Source: Octopus sinensis
Taxonomy: Eukaryota
Direction of reading: 5' to 3'
Assembly: GCF_006345805.1 (NCBI RefSeq)
Contig: NC_043002.1
Coordinates: 107,694,001-107,758,000, forward strand
Length of the DNA: 64,000 nucleotides
A program made the position numbers and the translations under genes. The notes beneath the pieces are model-generated. The model was not told the DNA's origin. It searched no databases and was given only the letters and a program-made list of their open reading frames with translations. Shown in pieces: positions 37,456 through 50,435 of the stretch; the first letter of the stretch is position 1; each line of letters opens with the position of its first letter.

Positions 37456-37486
37456 ATATATAATATATATATCTATATATATATCT

Positions 37487-37570
<84 letters not shown>

Positions 37571-37741
37571 GTATATGTATATATATATCTATAGATAATG
37601 TATGTGTGTATATACATATGTATATATATATATATATATATGTATGTTTATGTGTATATATTTATGTATAGATATATGTGTGTGTGTATATACATATGTA
37701 TATATATATATATATATAATATATATATATGTATGTATGTA

Positions 37742-37960
37742 TATACTAACAGAGATACCCGCGTTGCCCGTTACATTCAATTGACGAATTAGACTTTTCT
37801 GTTATATATTCTGTAATGAACTGGAATATCTATGTTTCGAATTTCATCAAATTACAGATGAGGGTTATTTCCCTCTTTACACACCCTAAAAAAACTGTAA
37901 TCGTGCCACACGTATCCCATACTACTGATTTTTATGCGCATATTCCAAAATTCTAGTGTT
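37742..37960 (-). mobile_element. Non-autonomous Helitron-like 3' end
   Basis: Minus strand gggcaacgcgggtatctctgTTAGt, resembling the gcaacgccggg...gCTAGt end at 49561-49588. Confidence 0.55.
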
Positions 37961-38330
37961 ATTGAACCTGTTAAAAAGATTTTACTCCTAAAAAAAAATG
38001 AAGGTCATGGAGTTCTAAAATGTGAGAGTTAAGGCCCCTGTTGGGGGTGGGCATCTTAATGTCAACCAGAGAAGTTGAATTATTGAAAATCTTTTTAACT
38101 TGGGTCTTATATCTATTGTTTGAATTTCTTTCAAATAGGAAATATATGTTCACTGGGTTTGTAAAAGAGAGCAAAGCTACAGGAAACCAAAATACGAATG
38201 ATCACAATAAGCAGTCAGTTACCCTACCCTATTCGTTACTTGAATTACCAGTTCAAGAACTATGTTATATATATATATGTGTGTGTATACATATATGTAT
38301 ATATATATATATTTGTATACACACACAACG

Positions 38331-38394
<64 letters not shown>

Positions 38395-38564
38395 ACACAC
38401 ACACACAAAGATAAATTGATAGATACAACTGAGTGGGCAAAAAAAATATGAGACACTTCGTAGTGCTTTTTTATATTTTGATAAGCTTGGTACTTATTCT
38501 ATCAATTTCTTCTTGTGAAGCAGTGATGAGGGAGAAAAACAAAGACACACACATAGACTTACTC

Positions 38565-38785
38565 TTTTACTCTTTTACTTGTTTCAGTCATTTGACTGTG
38601 GCCATGCTGGAGCACCGCCTTTAGTCGAGCAAATTGACAGCAGGACTTATTTTTTATAAGCCTAGTACTTACTCTATCGGTCTCTTTTGCCGAACCGCTA
38701 AGTTACGGGGCCGTAACACACCAGCATCGGTTGACAAACGATGTTGGGAGGACAAACACAGACACACAAACATATATACACACAT

Positions 38786-38827
<42 letters not shown>

Positions 38828-39000
38828 GACGGGCTTCTTTTAGTTTCCGTCTACCAAATCCACTCTCAAGGCTTTGGTCGGCCCGAGGCTATAGTAGAAG
38901 ACACTTGCCCAAGGTGCCACGCAGTGGGACTGAAACCGAAACCATGTGGTTAGTAAGCAAGCTACTTACCACACAGCCACTCCTACACCTACAGCCACTC
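38565..39000 (-). mobile_element. SINE family B, full length (diverged partial 5' copy follows at 39040-39195)
   Basis: Family B head, body and tail in reverse. Confidence 0.9.
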
Positions 39001-39989
39001 CTACTTGCATATATTCATACATATACATACAATTGATTTCTTTCAATTTCTGTCTACAAAATCCACTGATCAGGCTTTGGTTGGTCTCAGGCTATAGCAG
39101 AAGACACATGCCAAGTTACCACACAGTGGGACTGAACTGAGGACCATGTGCTTTCGAACCAAGTTTGTTACCACACAGCTACACCTGCACCTATGTATAT
39201 ATATGTGTGTGTGTGTGGGGGGGTCGGTGTGTGTGTGTATGGGTGTGTGTGTATGGGTGTGTATATGTATGTATATATATATATGTATATATATGTGTAC
39301 ATATTACATGTACATCTATATATACATCTAGACATACATGTTTACATATACATGTATATCTATAGAAATACATCCATACATATACATGTATACATATACA
39401 GCTATACATATACATGTATACATATACATGTATATATATACAGATATATATATTATATACATGTATATATATATATAATATATATAATATTTATATATAA
39501 TATATATAATATATATCATATAATTAAGGCTAAAGAGGGTTATTCTAAAGCCAATACACTGATTTATACACTTATAATCCGCTTGCTACAGGAGAATTGA
39601 AACTGAAAACGGGCAATTAACATTTAGAAAATTTAAATTTCGTTATCTCTATATTGAATCAATTTCGGAATTAATCTTATAAAAGATATATTCTTTCTTC
39701 AGTAGAGCTTTCGATGGGATATAAATAAAATACTCACGTATGATCATGGAAAAAGCACAAGCTAAAAACATAACTACACTTGAGTACATCACTTATATCT
39801 AAAAATAAAAATTCTTTGGTCAGCCTCAGAAACAACGTCTTGACCTTTCGCCGCTACAAATTGTAATGGTTACCGGTCCTCCCGTAGCAAGCAGCTACAT
39901 ATACATACATCCATATACATAAAATAGAGATATGCTTTTGTTTCACTTTTAACACGTAATACTGAAATAGTGGAGAAGATGTGATATTG

Positions 39990-40153
39990 CTATGGGCTCG
40001 CCCTAGGCAAGAAGTTAAACATTTTTTGCCCATGACACTACGTGGACCCTAAGTAAGGCATATGTAAATTTTGAATGAAATTGGTTGTGTAGTTCTCAAG
40101 TTTTAGGGATTCAGACAGACACACATTCTCAGTTTTATATATATATATATAGA
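39990..40153 (-). mobile_element. Non-autonomous Helitron-like (DINE/Lep1-type) 5' end
   Basis: Minus strand aTCtatatatatatataaaactgagaatgtgtgtctgtctg...acaaccaatttcattcaaaattt. Confidence 0.6.
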
Positions 40154-40687
40154 TATGTATGTATGTATATGTGTGTGTGTGTGTGTATACATAAATTTGT
40201 AGTATAAGATATGGATTCAGAGAATCTTGTGGCTATCACAGAAAGCACCTCTAACGGACTGGGCTATCAGGTCACGAAATAATCCACTACAGAGAAGTGT
40301 GATACAGAGTGTCCATGCCAGCAGATCCGATCAATGAAATTACTCCATTAGGAATATATAAACCATAAAATGTCAGGAGGTATGATAGATGAAGATATAT
40401 ATATATATTTAACCACTTTGAAGTCCTTGGGATTACAGCTGTTTTGCAGCTCTCTTCATGTACTAATAATTTCAGTGAAAAATAAAATCATATCTATATA
40501 TTTGCATTATGATATACATTATACAATACAATTGTATACACACCAACAATTCAACTCTGTATTATATAATGCATAAATTATTACTGCGTGAAGAAGGCTT
40601 CAAAACGGTTGTAATCCTATGGTTGTGAAGTGAATAATAAATATATTCATCTCTCATATCTCCTGGCATTTTATGATTTATACATAG

Positions 40688-40980
40688 ACCACTTTCATGC
40701 ACCCTCGCTCAAAACATTGGCACTTGTTAGACTATATAATTACTCGGAGAAAAGATAAGAACGATGTCTTGAATCCAAAAGCCATGAGAGGTTTAGACTA
40801 CTCTACCGAGCATCACATGACCAAAGGTCACTTTTTCCTTCAGGAAGCGAAGCACGAAGACAAAAAGCCAACCAAAACAATAAGCTAAAAATCATGAAAC
40901 TCATAGACTCCAGAGTTATACAGGAATTGCAGATAAAGCTTTAATAGAGCAGAACCAGTCCAACCGTGACAATCTCAAAT
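40688..40980 (+). pseudogene. RTE-clade LINE AP-endonuclease fragment
   Basis: TTFMHPRSKHWHLLDYIITRRKDKNDV...AMRGLDYSTEH. Confidence 0.85.
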
Positions 40981-41509
40981 TTTTGAAGACACGGAGTGCA
41001 CCCAGGTACACATTAATCCGCTGTATCTCACCAAGCTAAGACGGTGAGAGGTATGCTTTGATGGAGACTTAGCTGATATATCTAACAGTTCAAGCAAATA
41101 TATATATAGGCCTTCCCATTCGTTTGGTTGTTGTTGCTGTGATTAAGCAGATCTATTGATCAAAAGGCGTTCCGGTCATGACCACTTCATTTTAGAGCTA
41201 TGTGGGACTACATTGTACACTGTGTCTTTTTCTTTTTTCTTAGTGAAGACAATAGGCATGATTTGATGGAGATTTCGCTGTTATTTCTAGCAGGGGTTCT
41301 CTCCTTGTCTTACATAGTTTTCAATTGTTTTCATTGTTGTTGTTTGTTGTCTAACTTTAACCCTAACGCTAACCCTAACCCTAACCGAAACCCTGATCCT
41401 TAGAAACCTTTATAACTGCATAACCAGGTTTTCCCTTCATGGATAATTTTTGACCGTATTCTTCTTTATTGATGTAATATCCCAGACGATATCTTGAAAA
41501 TTGGAAAAG

Positions 41510-42438
41510 GCGCAGGCAAAGCTGTGTAGTAAGAAGTTTGTTTCCCAGCCACAAGGTTCTGTGTTCGGTTCCAGTGCGGGCACCATGAGCTAATGTCTTC
41601 TATTATGGCCTGGAGCCGACCAATGCTTAGCGACTGGATTTAAAAGGCAGAAACGTTAGCACGCCGGGCGAAATGCGTAGCCGTATTTCGTTTGTCGTTA
41701 CGTTCCGAGTTCAAATTCTGCCGAGGTCGACTTTGCCTTTCATCCTTTCGGAGTCGATAAATTAAGTACCAGTTACGCACTGGGATCGATATAATCGACT
41801 TAATCCGTTTGTCTGTCCTTGTTTGTCCCCTCTATGTTTAGCCCCTTGTGGGTAATAAAGAAATAAGAAACTGATAGAAGCTTGTCGTATACATATATCC
41901 ATGTGTGTGTGTGTGTGTGTGGTGTGCGTGTGTGTGTGTGTGTCTCTCTCTCTCTCTTTGTGTTAGTGTTTGTTCCCTCCACCTCCGTTTGACAACCGTT
42001 GTTGGTCTCTTCACGTCCTCGTAACTTAGTGACTCGGCAAAATAGACGGTTAAAATAAATTCACCACCAGAGTCGATTCGTTCGGCAAAACATTCATGAA
42101 GGCGATGCTCCAGCATGACCGCGACCTAGTGACTGAAACATGGCCTAGTGGTTAGAGCAGAGGACTCGCGGTCGAGAGATCGCGTGTTCGAATCTCAAAC
42201 TGGGCGTTGTGTGTGTTTATGAGCGAAACACCTAAGCTCCACGCGGCTCCGGCAGAAGGTAATGGCGAACTTCTGCTGACTCTTTCGCCACAACTTTCCC
42301 TCACTCTTTCCTCCTACATCTTGCAGCTCACCTGTGATGGACAGGCGTCCCGTCCAGGTGGGGAACCTATACGCCGAGGAAACCGGGTAACCGGCCCTTA
42401 TGAGCCAGGCGTGGCTCGAGAAGGAACAAGCAACAACA
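41510..42438 (+). mobile_element. Nested SINE cluster: B interrupted by an A monomer (41646-41865), followed by C with tail type 2 (42140-42438)
   Basis: Family-diagnostic segments appear in the order B5'-A-B3'-C. Confidence 0.8.
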
Positions 42439-43141
42439 AATATATATATACATATCATATCCCGTGATCTGTGAATGATGCGTGAGTAAATAAATGAACG
42501 AACGAACAAGTTAGATATGCCCTCGGCACATGTTTTATATTGAAGGTGGAATGGAAGCGATAAATTTTAGCTAATGAGTTCTTTAATTGGAGAACTCCAA
42601 CAGTGTTTAAGAAATCCTCCCCCCACACCAAAAAAAAAAACAGCCACAAGAAGAAAAATTCCAAATAAAAACTGCGATAAATGATTGATTTATGTTTTTT
42701 GCGGAATAAAACGTGACTTTTTCTTTCAGAGATGTGGAAATACCATTAAACAAATTGCGATGCTATTGTGTACAATTAGCCGTGTACTGGTAGTTAATCT
42801 CCTTAATTTCCATTCCGTGCTGTTGTGTGGTGTTTCTAGTAGGGAGTGGGGGCTATGTGCATTGAAAGGTTGAGGAGGGGTTGGTTAAATTAACATTTTT
42901 ATTAAAATGAAGGTGGTTTCATATTCTTTCATTTTACCCAACAAGATGGCGAAGAAAATTATATTGATGTAAATTCCATTTCACCTTCACTAATATTTGA
43001 AGGGAGGATTTGAGGACTCGGAGTCTGTTAGTCTGAGAACTATCGCTGTGATGTATATTGGATCGTTCTTGGACGGTTTGTGTAGCAGATCGGATATTTT
43101 TCTGGAGGAAAATGGTGCATAGCCCTCGCTGTACCCATCTC

Positions 43142-43902
43142 TACTTGGGAGAAAAAAAATAATAAAACGATAAAAAGCCTCGTTGTGAGTGGTTCCTTAG
43201 AACCCCTCTCACACTGTAGCTAATTCACTGAGGAAAGCAAGTGTTTTATTTATTGACAGTGAAAAAAAGGTGGCTTTGACGAAATTTGAACTCACAATTT
43301 AGAGATCCAGAAGAAATATCGAGAGACCATTTCTGTTCAACGTTCTAACAACTCTGTCAGTTCAATTTTTGAGCCGTTAATTAAGGTTTATTAAAGGTTT
43401 ATTAATCAAGTATTTGTTTAATTCCACGTGGTTACTTCACTGGGTACTAAAGCTGGGAGAGAGAGAGAAATTTTTGAACTACAAAAATATTGACTGTTTT
43501 GAAAACGATTTTTTTTTCCCACATACTTGGGAGAAAAAAAATAATAAAACGATAAAAAGCCTCGTTGTGAGTGGTTCCTTAGAACCCCTCTCACACTGTA
43601 GCTAATTCACTGAGGAAAGCAAGTGTTTTATTTATTGACAGTGAAAAAAAGGTGGCTTTGACGAAATTTGAACTCACAATTTAGAGATCCAGAAGAAATA
43701 TCGAGAGACCATTTCTGTTCAACGTTCTAACAACTCTGTCAGTTCAATTTTTGAGCCGTTAATTAAGGTTTATTAAAGGTTTATTAATCAAGTATTTGTT
43801 TAATTCCACGTGGTTACTTCACTGGGTACTAAAGCTGGGAGAGAGAGAGAAATTTTTGAACTACAAAAATATTGACTGTTTTGAAAACGATTTTTTTTTC
43901 CC
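43142..43902. repeat. Near-identical tandem duplication, 382-bp period
   Basis: tacttgggagaaaaaaaa...gaaaacgatttttttttccc begins at 43142 and 43524. Confidence 0.95.
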
Positions 43903-43919
43903 GCATTTCCTATCTGTAT

Positions 43920-44320
43920 CATTTACTCTTTTTTTACTCTTTTACTTGTTTCAGTCATTTGACTGCGGCCATGCTGGAGCACCGCCTTTAGTCGAGCAAA
44001 TCGACCCCAGGACTTATTCTTTGTAAGCCCAGTACTTATTCTATCGGTCTCTTTTGCCGAACCGCTAAGTGACGGGTACGTAAACACACCAGCATCGGTT
44101 ATCAAGCAATGCTAGGGGGACAAACACAGACACACAAACATATACACACACTTATATATATATACATATATACGACAGGCTTCTTTCAGTTTCCGTCTAC
44201 CAAATCCACTCACAAGGCATTGGTCAGCCCGGGGCTATAGCACAAGACACTTGCCCAAGATGCCACGCAGTGGGACTGAACCCGGAACCAAGCTACTTAC
44301 CACACAGCCACTCCTGCGCC
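43920..44320 (-). mobile_element. SINE family B, full length
   Basis: Close match to 12793-13205 in reverse. Confidence 0.9.
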
Positions 44321-44695
44321 ATTTATTGATATTTTATTGATATTTTATACACATTCACATTTGATATATTAGTTTTAAAAAAACTCAAATGTTTATTATT
44401 GAAATTGAATAGAAAAGGATAAATATGCTTTTTTTTAGCGATCACCATTTGGGACTTTTTGAAAAAATTATCGTAATTTCCAAAATAATTCACATATGAA
44501 GACAATCTAAATACTATATATTATTTTAAGACACCTGGCAAAGCCAAAATATGTGAATAAAAAATTTTGGCAGTTAATGGGTTAATTAATTATAAGTTAT
44601 CAGTTTGACACCTCCTCCTACTTCCACCACCTCACACAAGTAAAATTAACATCTTCCGAAATTGATTCTTTTCAAATGTTAACATTATGTGTGGT

Positions 44696-45090
44696 AGAGG
44701 CGCAATGGCCCAGCGGTTAGGGCAGCGGACTCGCGGTCATAGGATCGCGGTTTCGATTCCCAGACCGGGCGTTGTGAGTGTTTATTGAGCGAAAACACCT
44801 AAAAAACCTCCACGAGGCTCCGGCAGGGGATGGTGGTGATCCCTGCTGTACTCTTTCACCACAACTTTCTCTCACTCTTACTTCCTGTTTCTGTTGTACC
44901 TTGTATTTCAAAGGGCCGGCCTTGTCACTCTCTGTGTCACGCTGAATATCCCCGAGAACTACGTTAAGGGTGCACGTGTCTGTGGAGTGCTCAGCCACTT
45001 ACACGTTAATTTCACGAGCAGACTGTTCCGTTGATTCGGATCAACCGGAACCCTCATCGTCGTAACCGACGGAGTGCTTCCTCCTCCTCC
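44696..45090 (+). mobile_element. SINE family C, tail type 1, with TSD
   Basis: TAACATTATGTGTGRT at 44680-44695 and 45091-45106; short (CTC)n tail. Confidence 0.9.
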
Positions 45091-45110
45091 TAACATTATG
45101 TGTGATAGAG

Positions 45111-45156
<46 letters not shown>

Positions 45157-45189
45157 TCATGTGAGTAGGTGCGTGTGTGTTTTGGAGGC

Positions 45190-45580
45190 ACAGGTGTGGT
45201 CGTGTGGCTACGAAGCTCGCTTCCGAAGCATCTAGCCGCAGGTTCAGCCCTACCGCGCAGCACTTTGGGAAAATGTCTCCGTGCCGACCAAAAACTTGAG
45301 TGGATTTAATAGACGGAAACTGGAAGAAGCCCATCGTATATATGTGCGTGCGTGTGCGCGCGGTTATGTGTATATATGCGCACGCATGTGTGTGTCTTGT
45401 CACCCCATCACTGCTTGTCAACCGGGGTTAGTGTGTTCACGTTCCTGTAACTTAGTGGATCAACAAAACAGGCGATAGACTAAATACCAACTACAATAAT
45501 AAGTACTTGTGTTGATTCATATTACCAAAAGTTCTTTAAGGCTGTGCCCCAGCATGGGCGTAGTCTAATTAAAACGTAAA
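45190..45580 (+). mobile_element. SINE family B, diverged
   Basis: Recognisable head, ggaaactg.aagaagccc.tcgtat body and tail. Confidence 0.7.
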
Positions 45581-45750
45581 GATGTATTTCAAATATTTAT
45601 ATCGTCACAGTATTTTCTGTAACTTTATTACGGTTTATCAGGCCCAGCAGGGAGTGTCTATATTTGGAACGCCACACGAAATACCTTTCGATGTACATTA
45701 TTTACATTATTTACATTGGATGGATATGTGTCCTCATCTTGTTTGTTGTT

Positions 45751-45796
45751 ACCACAACGTTTCGGCTGGTTTACTCCACAGCCTTCATCAGGTGTC
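45751..45796 (-). ncRNA. Minimal type I hammerhead ribozyme motif (Penelope type)
   Basis: GACAC-CUGAUGA-A-GGCUG[10 nt]CAGCC-GAA-ACGU-U-GUGGU. Confidence 0.75.
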
Positions 45797-45867
45797 CTGA
45801 TAAAATTTTGAACCCAGCCATGGGTTCTCATTCCTAAGGTATTTTTTGTTGATGTTATTGTTATTAT

Positions 45868-46422
45868 TGAGTGAAACAGCAATGCATGCCATCAAAGTGA
45901 CACTGGAGTAAAATATACGAAGCCCACTATACCCGTCACGACTACCTGTCTGATAAGGGTACACCAGGCACATGCAGCACAACTATATGTGCACGAGATG
46001 GTGATCTCATATCAAGATAAACAGCACATGACCTTGCAGGTGGGGCCCAGTTAGAAATTTCTTCTGGCCGAGTAGCCAATCCTGCTCAAAAGGTGCCTGA
46101 ATTAGGATTGTTTAAGCGTGTTGAGTGAACCATCCATGTTTCCAAAGGTGAATTATTCAAACCCCAAAGAATCCCTCTCAACACATGGCTACGATGCTCC
46201 CCAACTACTTCTGCTCGTGATCAGAGATGCACATATCGTCAGTCACTAAGGGACATGCTCAACTGGTTAAGGTCAAACAACTGACAAGCAAATCTGTGGT
46301 ATTGAGCAGAATATTTTCTGTAGCGCATCTTTTATACCAAGACAAAACAATGTACATGATAACACTTCCAATCAGTTAAGATCAGAAGCCATGAGAGCCA
46401 CTGCCTGGTACAGCATCAGGGC

Positions 46423-46426
<4 letters not shown>
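45868..46426 (-). mobile_element. Element E, full length
   Basis: Same ends as 22444-22995; flanked by (ATT)n. Confidence 0.85.
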
Positions 46427-46470
<44 letters not shown>

Positions 46471-46490
46471 CATCGTCATCATCATCATCA

Positions 46491-46575
<85 letters not shown>

Positions 46576-46912
46576 CTATTTATTTATTTATATATTTATT
46601 TAAGACACTGGTGGAGTGGTTGCGGTGGAGATGGCATTGGTGGTGTTGGTGACGGTGGTGTTGGTGGTGTTGGTGGCAGTGTTGTTGTTGTTCTTGGTGG
46701 TGATACTATTGGTGGCGTTGGTGTTGGTGGCGGTGGTGTTGGTGGCGGTAGCAGTAAACGGTATATTGATATTCTATTTATTATTCAAGAAATGTGAAGA
46801 GGAATCCCTTTAAATATGTCGGGAAGCTACATTCCTATTCTCTGCAGTCTCCAGGGACGTTGTTACGTTTCTGCGAATTTGATCTTTAATTCCACATCAT
46901 TATAATTCTTCA

Positions 46913-46953
<41 letters not shown>

Positions 46954-47039
46954 CGCCATATATCCAGACTCTCTCACACATCTGCATACTTTCAGGGGTG
47001 TTTTCGTAATCTATCAAATTCTCTTTCTGTGAGTATATG

Positions 47040-47079
<40 letters not shown>

Positions 47080-47182
47080 CATATATATACATATATATAT
47101 GCATATACATATATATATATCATACATATATATATATACATATACATATATATTATACATATATATATTATATATATATATG

Positions 47183-47232
<50 letters not shown>

Positions 47233-47448
47233 ATAATAAATATTAGGGAATGAATCCAAAATTATATTATATATATATATTAAGGTATGTAGAAAAATAC
47301 AACATGGACAAGAACGTATAACTCTTAGAAGACGATACAATAAACACGGACAGGACATTCGAAACCCTCAGTCTTCAGTCAAGAACCGGATCATCGTAGT
47401 AATTAAGGCTGATTAATCTTATATATATGTATGTATATATATATATAC

Positions 47449-47690
47449 AGGGTGCGTAAGATATTTGAGGACAGATTCATGTATATAAAAAAAAACAGAT
47501 ATATAATAACAGATAACTTTATCAAAAAATGCTATGAGGATAAAAAGAAACCTTCTTTTCTATAATGCTATTCAATGAAGCCACCTTCAGCTCCAACAAT
47601 CGCTTCTATATGACATCTAAATCATCTACATGCTCGAATTAAGTAGTCCTGGTTCATTTTGGACATTACTCTGACTATGGCAGCTTTCAA
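47449..47690 (-). mobile_element. Tc1/mariner-superfamily 3' end with TIR
   Basis: Minus frame SLKAAIVRVMSKMNQDYLIRACR*FRCHIEAIVGAEGGFIE*; terminus TA|cagggtgcg. Confidence 0.75.
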
Positions 47691-47809
47691 AGAACTTCTA
47701 CTGGACTTTCTACACTTCAGCTTATGGATTACACTGGACTCCCCTGTTGATGAAAAATCACTCCAATACACCTTGACGTCTGAAGCTTTTGAACTTTTCA
47801 TCCCCTTGT

Positions 47810-47945
47810 TTCTTTCTGTGTTCCTGTCTGTGGAAGAGCGTAGGCTTCAAACGTTAAAGACTTTTTCACTTCCCGAGTCTTAAAACTAATACATCTGTTT
47901 GTTGTCTATACCACCTGTCTTCGTCTTTTATTTTTTGTGAATTCT
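47810..47945 (+). mobile_element. Penelope-like terminal repeat family G (also 48040-48180 minus, 52400-52590 plus, 63275-63420 minus)
   Basis: Shared ctgt.gaagagcgtaggct..aaacgt...atactaatac...ccacctg.cttcgtctttt. Confidence 0.6.
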
Positions 47946-47948
47946 CCC

Positions 47949-47999
<51 letters not shown>

Positions 48000-48207
48000 G
48001 TAGTCAAATCAAATAAACGAACAATGAAATTAACAATAACAAACAACAGCAAGAAAACGCATATTAGTTCGATGCTCAGTAAAGAGAGAGAGAGTTTTTG
48101 ATGTTTCGAGCCTAGCTCTTCGTCGCAAAGGAGAAAGGGAAAACCAACAGCATGTTTGTAGTAACATAGTATACATACAAATACAAAGAGAGGGGGAGAG
48201 AGAGATT

Positions 48208-48239
<32 letters not shown>

Positions 48240-48269
48240 CAGACATACATACATACATACATACATACA

Positions 48270-48315
<46 letters not shown>

Positions 48316-48322
48316 TATATAC

Positions 48323-48534
48323 TTTATTTAAAGCAGCAAAAATTCAACAAAACCTGTTACTCTGAGTTTCCCGTTGCCGTTCATCGGACAGTTTTTGCTA
48401 GACAGTTTTTCTAGACAGTTTTTGCTAGACAGTTTTTGCTAGACAGTTTTTCATCGGACAAAAACTGTCCGATGAACGGCAACGGGAAACTCAGAGTAAC
48501 AAGTTTTGTTGAATTTTCTGGTGCTTTAAATAAA
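48323..48534. mobile_element. Palindromic Penelope-like element with a hammerhead motif on each arm and internal 13-14-bp tandem repeats
   Basis: Arms 48323-48396 and 48460-48534; spacer of (gacagtttttgcta)-like units. Confidence 0.8.
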
Positions 48535-48605
48535 GCATATTACTCTACCACTGCATTTGAGTACTCTTTTTTCCACCTTGTTTCACATTTTGTGTTTACT
48601 CCGGT

Positions 48606-48651
<46 letters not shown>

Positions 48652-49214
48652 TATATATGTTTATATATATATATATATATATGTATGTATACATACAAAT
48701 GCATGCACCTAAGCGAAGATATATAAGTACACGGTCACTTACATAAACAAAGCATAGTACATGCAAAACCGTATGTACATATACATAAATACAAGCGTAC
48801 ACTTGCAGACTCGTACAGACGTCCTCACGGCCATACCTGTATAATGAAGTCCATAACCATACACACAACGCAACGCACATACGCATGCATGGCAATTTAT
48901 CTCCAACCTGATAAGAAAACTCCTGTGGATGACGGCTAATATTTCAGGAGTTTATTTTCGGCTGAAGCTTCACTTTTGCTGTTTGCTTTGATCAGTGTGG
49001 CTCCGTTCCAGGGAGGTGTTTCTTGCCGTATTTCCACGCAATATTACACTTATACTATCTTAGAGTTTTGTTTACCATGTGTGTGTCTATACACACACAC
49101 ACACGCACAAACATATACCTGTAACATATACAAATGTATGATATGTGGATATGTGTTATAATATATATATATATATAATATATATATATATATTATATAT
49201 ATATATATATATAA

Positions 49215-49588
49215 TATATAAACGGCAGTTTGTCTGTGCGTTTTCTGTGTGTCTGTTTTCTCGTACCCTCACTCTGACCACGGCTTTCAACCGATTCTGA
49301 TGAAACTTGACACTCACATAGCCCAATGTCATAATTCAAAACTATAACGCGTGAAAATTTTGGAAAGTTCCCCCCTTCTGAAAAAAATCGATAAATTCGA
49401 CATGGGGTCGAGAATCAGAAACACAAACCGCAAACTGTCTAGGGGACGCAACTCCATCTTTTTTAACTAAAAAAAAAATTTAACATAATTTTTTTTCCAT
49501 TTTTTTGCTATTTTTTGGCTATGACTCTCTAAAATGCTTTATAGTTATTTCCCTTACAAACCTGAGCAACGCCGGGGATACTGCTAGT
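49215..49588 (+). mobile_element. Non-autonomous Helitron-like element, near complete
   Basis: tatataaacggcagtttgtctgtg...tcaaccgattctgatgaaactt...gcaacgccggggatactgCTAGt. Confidence 0.7.
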
Positions 49589-49674
49589 ATATATATATAT
49601 ATATATTATATATGTGTGTGTGTGTGTGTGTGTGTTGTGTTATATATATATATATGTGGTGTGTTGTGGGTGTG

Positions 49675-49708
<34 letters not shown>

Positions 49709-49795
49709 CTTTTACTCTTTTATGCTAGAGAACCGCCTTTAGTCAAGCAAATCGACCCTAGGACTTACACTCACCACCAGCTACTCCTGCGCCTA

Positions 49796-49831
<36 letters not shown>

Positions 49832-49835
<4 letters not shown>

Positions 49836-50075
49836 GCGATGGGTAAATTGTCACCATTTTTTTAGTTTTTATTTCGTACATGCGCATTGTTTGATTTTGA
49901 TTTTGTCGGCTACGCAGTATTGTAGGGTCAGTTAGGCACCGTCTGTGAGAAAAATAGCACCATGACGCAATTTACTTTATCAGAAATTTGGAAAAGACAT
50001 GCTGTAATGCTTGGTATTCGCGCAAAAAGCTCCAATACGAACATTTCAGAGTGTTTGGGTGTCAGTCTGAGGACA
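49832..50075 (+). mobile_element. Tc1/mariner-superfamily 5' end with transposase N-terminus
   Basis: TA|gggtgcgatggg terminus; ATG at 49962 gives MTQFTLSEIWKRHAVMLGIRAKSSNTNISECLGVSLRT (HTH-like). Confidence 0.7.
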
Positions 50076-50400
50076 TGTAATGCGAGTGATAATAATCAAA
50101 CGTCCAGTCAACATCAGGGTGTTTGGGGTGGTTACTAGTTATGAATCTTGCCTTGGTTAGGAGTTTCTAAAGAGAAACAATAACGCCTATTAGACATGTT
50201 ATTCTAAAAATCTTCAAAATTAGCGTGTGGGTGTTTTTTTTATATATGAAATGCTATAAAATAGCTATATTTTATTGTATGTTCAAATACATACTAACAT
50301 TCCAAGTGTAGTGCAATTCACCTGTTCCAGTATCCCACTGTTAAGTAAGAGAGGAGTAATGTACAGGTTTACTATATAGTCTGATTATTAACTGCCCCCA

Positions 50401-50435
<35 letters not shown>

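Noticed and set aside
47040-47240. Single-base phase shifts in (TA)n/(CA)n tracts throughout the window
   Set aside because: The pattern is typical of long-read consensus error in microsatellites; not interpretable as biology without reads
48385-48460. Short regularly spaced repeats (CRISPR-like at a glance)
   Set aside because: Tandem 13-14-bp units with no unique spacers, in a eukaryotic context
47449-49860. Two cagggtgcg/tagggtgcg termini as the ends of one transposon
   Set aside because: Both face the same direction and belong to different fragments (a minus-strand 3' end and a plus-strand 5' end)
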